A DNA stretch of 37,665 nt from Parcubacteria group bacterium (lineage in GTDB: Bacteria > Patescibacteriota > Minisyncoccia > Phycocordibacterales > UBA2135). The position numbers were made by a program, and so were the translations under genes. The notes under the pieces were generated by a model. The model was not told where the DNA came from. It made no database searches and worked only from the letters and a program-made list of their open reading frames with translations. Each line of letters opens with the position of its first letter. The first letter of the stretch is position 1. Positions 32,559 to 37,665 of this stretch are shown in pieces. The DNA is taken from the NCBI GenBank assembly GCA_016204045.1, contig JACQLQ010000004.1:230927-268591 (forward strand). Reading direction: 5' to 3'.

Positions 32559-33485
32559 TTACTTATTCTCTATCACCTCGCGAACAATATAGGGCATTTT
32601 ACCCCTTCCTTCGTAGTAGATTCGGAACAAAATCTCGGCGAGGAAGCCCATCATGAAAAGCAACATGCCGACGACGACGAGCAAAGATGCGAGGAGTGGG
32701 AGGGGTGTCTGTGTAAATGTCCAAAGCCCCATGAGCTTCAGCACAATCGCCGCTCCAGCAGTCACGATCCCAAGAAAGATGGAGGCGAGGCCCCACCCGC
32801 CGAAAAACATGAGCGGACGCATGAAGTAGTCGGCGAAAAACTTTACTACCAAGAGATCGAGAAAGAGCGTTGCTACTCTAAAGACAGAGTATTTTGTCTT
32901 GCCCGACTTACGTTCGTTATAGACAATAGGAACTTCGGTAACTTTAAAACCGCGCGCGTGACAGATTGCAGGAATGAACGCATGCATTTCTCCGTACAAA
33001 AAGAGGTCCTGAAATACTTCGCGCCGCGCGACTTTAAATTGGGACCCGAAATCACGAATATGAAGACCGGTTATGGTGCGCGTCACAAGATTTGCACATC
33101 GAGAAATGAGGCGCCTCCCCCATGTATCCTTCCTCCCCATGCGAAGCGTTGCGACCATGTCATATCCTTCCCGGAGCTTACTTACAAGCTTCGGTATGTC
33201 TTCCGGATTCTCCTGCAAGTCGGCGTCAATGATAACAACGACATCGCCCTTAGCTTGCCTCAAGCCTTCATTTAAAGCGGACGCGGGCCCAGTTCTGTGT
33301 CCAAAAACAACAATTTTAAGAGGCCTCAGGGTTTTTAAAATAGCGAGGGTGTTGTCGGTCGAAGGAGCATCAACGGCAATGATTTCATACGGCTCGTGCA
33401 TTTCATCGAGCGTTTTTTTAAGACGCGCGTGAAGCTCACGCACGTTCCCCTCTTCATTGTATGTTGGAAAAACGACTGAAATCAT
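32559..33485 (-). CDS. GT2 polyprenyl-phosphate glycosyltransferase (GtrB / ArnC / DPM1 / CsbB-like)
   Basis: Contains VVFPTYNEEGNV and VIIDADLQENPEDIP (D-x-D region), plus two C-terminal TM helices (ATLFLDLLVVKFF..., LLASLLVVVGMLLFMMGFL). I prefer ATG 33485 over the track's TTG 33518, which would overlap the upstream gene. Confidence 0.8.
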   Translation of the reverse strand: MISVVFPTYNEEGNVRELHARLKKTLDEMHEPYEIIAVDAPSTDNTLAILKTLRPLKIVVFGHRTGPASALNEGLRQAKGDVVVIIDADLQENPEDIPKLVSKLREGYDMVATLRMGRKDTWGRRLISRCANLVTRTITGLHIRDFGSQFKVARREVFQDLFLYGEMHAFIPAICHARGFKVTEVPIVYNERKSGKTKYSVFRVATLFLDLLVVKFFADYFMRPLMFFGGWGLASIFLGIVTAGAAIVLKLMGLWTFTQTPLPLLASLLVVVGMLLFMMGFLAEILFRIYYEGRGKMPYIVREVIENK

Positions 33486-33496
33486 AGCCACCTTTA

Positions 33497-34432
33497 TTAT
33501 TGATTCCCATACGGCCAATGCTTGATCGTTCGGTAGAACTTAATCAGTTCGGCAATGCCGAAGTCAAGAGAATACGCTGGCTTGAAGCCAGTTTTCTCGA
33601 CCTTCTCATTTGAGACGATGTAGTTCCTTTTGTCCGGATCCTCCCCTATTTCTGCTTCGACAAAATAAAAATCGGGAAGATGCTTTTGTATGGCTTCACA
33701 AAGCTCTTTCTTGTTTAAGTTGGCGTCAGAAAGTCCGAGATTATATGCCTGGCCCTTCATGGTATCGAAATGCTCAATCGCGTGGAGATACGCTCGGGCG
33801 ACATCACGAACATGAATGTAGTTCCTTTTAAAATGCGCTTGGAAGAGCACGATAAATCGGTCCATGACAGCACGGTGAACAAAATCGTTAACCAAGAGGT
33901 CAATCCGCATTCGAGGGCTTACTCCAAAGACTGTGGCGAGCCGAAACGCCATGCTGTTGCCCGCTTCCAATACAGCTTTTTCGGCCGCGACCTTCGTGCG
34001 ACCATAAATAGAAATGGGGTTAAGTGGTGTATTCTCATCACAGAAAGTATCATTCTGACCCACGCCATAACCGCTGTTGGTGTTTGGGTAGATAATCTTC
34101 TGCTCGGGCTTCCGAAGTTTCAAAAGCGTTTCTATTGCTCCAAGATTAGTAGTGTGGGCTCCAATCTGATCGCGATCACAGACCAATGCCCCCAAAATAG
34201 CAGCAAGCGGTATCACGATGTCTATATCTTTTAGAGCTTTGGCAAGCGCCTCCTCATTGCGCGTGTCTCCACGCAGAATTTCTAAATCCGGGGAATGCAT
34301 GAGGTGGGCGAGAGAAATTTGTCCATGCATAAAATTATCGAGCACGCGCACGCGGTGTCCTGCTTTGAGCAACTCCTCGGTCAAAATTGAACCAATATAT
34401 CCGCTTCCTCCTGTAAGTAAGATTTTACTCAT
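33497..34432 (-). CDS. NAD-dependent epimerase/dehydratase family (extended SDR)
   Basis: Contains KILLTGGSGYIGSIL (Rossmann fold) and SIYGRTKVAAE (Y-x3-K). The start is set at ATG 34432 (ATGAGTAA overlap with the upstream stop). Confidence 0.8.
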   Translation of the reverse strand: MSKILLTGGSGYIGSILTEELLKAGHRVRVLDNFMHGQISLAHLMHSPDLEILRGDTRNEEALAKALKDIDIVIPLAAILGALVCDRDQIGAHTTNLGAIETLLKLRKPEQKIIYPNTNSGYGVGQNDTFCDENTPLNPISIYGRTKVAAEKAVLEAGNSMAFRLATVFGVSPRMRIDLLVNDFVHRAVMDRFIVLFQAHFKRNYIHVRDVARAYLHAIEHFDTMKGQAYNLGLSDANLNKKELCEAIQKHLPDFYFVEAEIGEDPDKRNYIVSNEKVEKTGFKPAYSLDFGIAELIKFYRTIKHWPYGNQ

Positions 34433-36242
34433 ATTTGTATATGGTAACTCCGTTATCGTCATATACTATAGCATACTGCCTTATATATTCATCACTCCCG
34501 GCAAGGGCATGTTCGCGGGGGCCAACAAACACATAATCAAGGTGATAGGGCATCTCTTTCGGCAATGAGTAGTTGGCGTACGTGAGCAAGAGACCGTTTA
34601 GGACATCTTCCGGTAGGACGTATACCGGGTATTTCTCCGGACGCAGGTGCGAATCGAGGGCTCGACTATTATATTCTTCGGTAAAGAAGTTGAATACACC
34701 GAGGTGTGTCGATAGCACTTGAGATAACTTTTCCCCGGGGACACCAAAAAACTTGTGGGTGATATACATGCGCTCCAACACCTCTTTCTTCGATAGAAGA
34801 TTGTTTTGGGCTCGCGCCTGAAAGACCCTGTTGTGTGTGTACCCAGCAAGCTCAATCGTGGTCTCGATCGACGGAGTCATTACCACGCTGTCTTTGGGAG
34901 TATTTTTAGTGAGCCACTCATAGGCGTCCATGACAGGTTTGGACACTGTGTAGTTTGGCGCGTCTTTTATATTTTCTTTGATGCTGCTTTCGACAACATG
35001 CGTCGTGAGCAAAACCACAACCACAATTGCGAGTAAAGAAAACACTTTGGTGGTATTAATCGTGTACTTTCTTTTCAAATACGGAGCAACGCGGAGCCAC
35101 GCGTAATAGAGAAGCGTGGGCAAAAGCATGCCGTTTACGATCAAAAATACTTTGTTCCCCCAATGGTCGGATTGTATGGTGAACCCCGTGACAACGTTTA
35201 TGTTGTACGCAACAATGCCGGTAACAGCGAGGGTGGCAAGGAAGTACCCAAGCATCCTTTTAGAAAAGTGCTTTCCAAAGTACAGCGCGAGAGCGGCCAT
35301 GGCTACGAAGAGTGCGTATGTCTTCCACAGGAACCACCGTACTCCATGCCCCTCCTCAATCCCCATACGAGGCATAATGTCCCCATACGAAGAAAGCCCC
35401 GTGAGGTAATACTGGTTCAACCAAAATGGAAGCGAGATGACGACACCCGTGAGACCCGCAAAAAACACTGTTCGCGCTCCTGAATAATTTTTTGTGACGA
35501 GAAGCACCAAAAACAGTATCCCGAGAAAAATAGTTGCAAACACCCAATAGTAAAAATAGAGATAGAATAGAAGTCCGTAAAAGACGCCACCGAGTACAGT
35601 GAAAAGTTTTCTCCTGTTCTCATCGGTAAGCACTCGGTACATGCAATAAAACAGCATGACGAAAAAGGGGCCACCAGGGATGAACGAGTCGCGGGTAAGG
35701 AAATTGAGCTCGGATGCGGGGACGTTAGAGAACGGGATGAATTGGAAAAACAGCAATTTTAATTCCGTAAGGGAAGAAGGGGGAACTAAAACCATGAGCT
35801 GGGGAAAGAGCATGATCACATAGGCAGAAAAGAGCGAAAAGAGTTTGTTCTCTGTAAAACGAACAAGGAGAAAAAACAGTGCGAGGAAAAGCAAGACGGG
35901 AAAGAAAAGCTCGGAGAGTACTATCCCCGGAAACACCGAGTCGAATGGAAGCAAAAACGGCGAGACCATAAACGGAACGAGTATGGGCCATAAGATGGGG
36001 CCATCTTTATGCTCATAGGTGTCCATTTCTCCCGGGAAAAGCCTGCCATCAACCACATCTCGGTATCGAGATGCGCCGAAGTTCATGTGATCAAAATTTG
36101 GCTCCAGGGTAATAGGTATATACCGAAGGCCTTCAGATGTAAGTGTCTCGTAACGAACAAGGTGCGGTATAACAGAATAAACAAGGGCAATCGCAAAAAC
36201 TGCGACAACAAGCAAAATCTTAATTGGAGTGATGTTCCACAT
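34425..36242 (-). CDS. Polytopic membrane glycosyltransferase, GT-C fold candidate (ArnT / PMT / YfhO-like) with C-terminal extracytoplasmic domain
   Basis: About 605 aa with at least 10 hydrophobic helices. An acidic first loop (RYRDVVDGRLFPGEMDTYEH) is present, and the soluble C-terminal ~170 aa follow the last helix. No WWDYG (STT3) motif was seen. The start is set at ATG 36242 (MWNITPIKILL), overlapping the upstream GT4 by 23 nt. Confidence 0.5.
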   Translation of the reverse strand: MWNITPIKILLVVAVFAIALVYSVIPHLVRYETLTSEGLRYIPITLEPNFDHMNFGASRYRDVVDGRLFPGEMDTYEHKDGPILWPILVPFMVSPFLLPFDSVFPGIVLSELFFPVLLFLALFFLLVRFTENKLFSLFSAYVIMLFPQLMVLVPPSSLTELKLLFFQFIPFSNVPASELNFLTRDSFIPGGPFFVMLFYCMYRVLTDENRRKLFTVLGGVFYGLLFYLYFYYWVFATIFLGILFLVLLVTKNYSGARTVFFAGLTGVVISLPFWLNQYYLTGLSSYGDIMPRMGIEEGHGVRWFLWKTYALFVAMAALALYFGKHFSKRMLGYFLATLAVTGIVAYNINVVTGFTIQSDHWGNKVFLIVNGMLLPTLLYYAWLRVAPYLKRKYTINTTKVFSLLAIVVVVLLTTHVVESSIKENIKDAPNYTVSKPVMDAYEWLTKNTPKDSVVMTPSIETTIELAGYTHNRVFQARAQNNLLSKKEVLERMYITHKFFGVPGEKLSQVLSTHLGVFNFFTEEYNSRALDSHLRPEKYPVYVLPEDVLNGLLLTYANYSLPKEMPYHLDYVFVGPREHALAGSDEYIRQYAIVYDDNGVTIYKYE

Positions 36243-37326
36243 GATGTATTCTCTTAACAATTTCGAGCAGCTCTTCTCCTGCCTTACGCCAGGAGAATTG
36301 TTTCGCGCGAACAAAGCCCGCTGTAATGAGTTTTTCCTTTTTGTCAGAACTTTCTACGACTTCTCGCATGGCGGCCGCAATATCTTTTGGCTCGTAAGGG
36401 TCGACAAGAAGGGCCGAACCTTCTCCGCCAACCTCCCTCAAAGATGATTGGTTGGACGTAATGACGGGAACCCCACAATCCATCGCTTCTAACACAGGAT
36501 AACCAAATCCCTCAATAAGCGTGGGAAAAAGAAAGGCCTCTGTGCGCTTATAGACATAGGAAAGCTCTGGGTCATTCAAGTGCCCTACAAAGTGAATCTT
36601 TTCCGTGAGCTTATTTTCTTCAATAAAACGAAGTACGGAATCAAAATATTTCCCGCCTGATGGGTTTCCGGCGAGTACTAACGAATAATCTGGATGTGCC
36701 CCCTGAAACACGTGGAAGGCTTTAACGATATTTAAGATGTTCTTGCGTAATTTTAATATACCCGCGAAAAAGAAAAACTTTTCTGTGGGCAAGGGAACAC
36801 GCTTCTCTGGAACGACACAAATCCTCTTGAAGCCGCAGTACACGACATCAATTTTGCCCTCGGGGATCTTGAAGAGTCGGGCTGTCTCTTCTTTTGTCGC
36901 GTGCGATATGGCAACGATAGCATCAGCTTTTTTAAGTGAATAGCCGTGGATAAGAAAAGTTATGAGCTTCTTTAGCTGTCCATCCAAAGTCTTATCCGCT
37001 AAATACCAGTACGCGAAGTCGAGCGCGATGATTATTGATTTCGGCGGTTTCCAAAAGAAGGGCATGACAGGTGTGTTAAAAATATAGACGTCACACCTCG
37101 GAGCATTTCGGAGTTTTTCGAGCCAAAACCTTCCTCCGCCCAATGATACGAACTTCCAGTTTTCCCCAGGAAACTGCGGCGGGGTCTTTGGCGTGTTTTT
37201 AAGAAAAACATAATATTCGTTTTGAGAATCAACGTCGAGCATCCCCTTCGTCAACTCAAAAATAGTCCGTGCGAGTCCTGCCGGTTTGTCTTCATCATAT
37301 GGATGCAAAATGATGCCGATTTTCAT
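36220..37326 (-). CDS. GT4-family (GT-B, retaining) glycosyltransferase
   Basis: 368 aa. FLFPTLIEGFGYPVLEAMDCGVPVITSNQSSLREVGG is the E-x7-E region. Confidence 0.85.
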   Translation of the reverse strand: MKIGIILHPYDEDKPAGLARTIFELTKGMLDVDSQNEYYVFLKNTPKTPPQFPGENWKFVSLGGGRFWLEKLRNAPRCDVYIFNTPVMPFFWKPPKSIIIALDFAYWYLADKTLDGQLKKLITFLIHGYSLKKADAIVAISHATKEETARLFKIPEGKIDVVYCGFKRICVVPEKRVPLPTEKFFFFAGILKLRKNILNIVKAFHVFQGAHPDYSLVLAGNPSGGKYFDSVLRFIEENKLTEKIHFVGHLNDPELSYVYKRTEAFLFPTLIEGFGYPVLEAMDCGVPVITSNQSSLREVGGEGSALLVDPYEPKDIAAAMREVVESSDKKEKLITAGFVRAKQFSWRKAGEELLEIVKRIHHVEHHSN

Positions 37327-37329
37327 GCC

Positions 37330-37665
37330 TTAATGTATTCCTTTAATTAACGTGAGAATCTTTTCTGCCCTTTTATCCCATGTGTAGAGCTTCGAATGGA
37401 GAAGCGCCTCGGAAGCAAGTTCTCTGCCCTTTGTGGAATTTTCCAAAACAAATTGTATTCCGTTGAGGAGGGCTTCGGAGTTATCTGGTTTAACAAAGTG
37501 CACCTGCCTATCATTCACCACTGCATGAATCGACGGGAGGTCGGAAGCTACGATCGGAACGCCGCTTGCCATGTATTCAAAAAGTTTTATCGGTGCTGTA
37601 TCCATCTCCGAATACACAGCAAAACGCTTTTCTTTCGTTTCGAGCGAATTGGGAAGGACTAGCAC
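37330..37665 (-). CDS. GT4-family glycosyltransferase, C-terminal fragment (N-terminus beyond window)
   Basis: Contains PIKLFEYMASGVPIVASDLPSIHAVV (E-x7-E-like region). The frame is open to the window edge. Confidence 0.7.
   Translation of the reverse strand: MLVLPNSLETKEKRFAVYSEMDTAPIKLFEYMASGVPIVASDLPSIHAVVNDRQVHFVKPDNSEALLNGIQFVLENSTKGRELASEALLHSKLYTWDKRAEKILTLIKGIH

Noticed and set aside
32553-33275. 240-aa plus-strand ORF
   Set aside because: It is antisense to the GT2 gene, whose minus-strand translation carries clear GtrB/DPM1 motifs and TM helices. The plus-frame product is low-complexity (His/Glu/Lys/Arg-rich) with no recognisable motif.
16372-36242. Reading the formyltransferase + CE4 + DegT-family + GT2 + SDR + GT-C set as a literal Arn (L-Ara4N lipid A modification) pathway
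   Set aside because: The components are scattered over three operons. The DegT-family protein lacks the catalytic Lys needed for ArnB-type transamination. The formyltransferase and SDR are separate and non-adjacent. No ArnE/F-like flippase is present. This is shared fold usage, not an Arn operon.
1-37665. Mobile elements, CRISPR arrays, tRNA/rRNA/ncRNA genes, toxin-antitoxin or phage-defence systems
   Set aside because: I found no transposase- or integrase-like ORFs, no repeat-spacer periodicity, and no long direct or inverted DNA repeats. No intergenic space exceeds 170 bp. The only intra-window DNA similarity I noticed is between the two AsnB paralogues. I cannot exclude small RNAs in the 170-bp and 100-120-bp intergenic regions without a covariance-model search.

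Overview
This 37.7-kb window is about 97% coding by my gene calls and runs almost entirely on the minus strand. It is a cell-surface glycan biosynthesis super-locus from an unidentified bacterium. I saw no rRNA, tRNA, CRISPR, transposase or phage genes, and the taxon cannot be assigned from this window alone. I call 33 CDS, two of them cut by the window edges. The first, a NeuC-type epimerase at 1..1014, is absent from the supplied ORF track.

Strand switches, hairpin terminators and -10 boxes suggest six transcription units:
(i) 4457->1: two tandem NeuA-like cytidylyltransferases, a D-2-hydroxyacid dehydrogenase, neuB and neuC (a nonulosonic/sialic-acid module).
(ii) A lone plus-strand IlvD/Edd-family sugar-acid dehydratase with its own promoter and terminator.
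(iii) 23727->6341: a 17.4-kb, 14-gene translationally coupled operon. It opens with a LicC-like cytidylyltransferase fused to a glycerate-2-kinase. It continues with two methyltransferases, a CDP-alcohol phosphotransferase, an AsnB-type amidotransferase, a CE4 deacetylase and a formyltransferase. It ends with an MsbA-like ABC exporter, three GT-B transferases of KpsS/TagF-like type, an exostosin-like glycosyltransferase, a third cytidylyltransferase and a Zn-dehydrogenase.
(iv) 30663->23800: hddC-hddA-gmhA (GDP-heptose), a second GT-B paralogue, a second AsnB paralogue and a class-I aminotransferase.
(v) Plus strand: a ColD/E1-type (His-for-Lys) sugar 3-dehydratase and a small lipoprotein.
(vi) >37665->32559: GT4, GT4, a GT-C membrane transferase, an SDR and a GtrB-like GT2.

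The most unusual item is the kinase::cytidylyltransferase fusion together with the CDP-alcohol phosphotransferase, methyltransferase and amidotransferase that follow it. I read this block as a candidate, uncharacterised CDP-glycerate / phospho-glycer(amide) decoration pathway. All functional calls rest on motif recognition by eye; no database search was possible.
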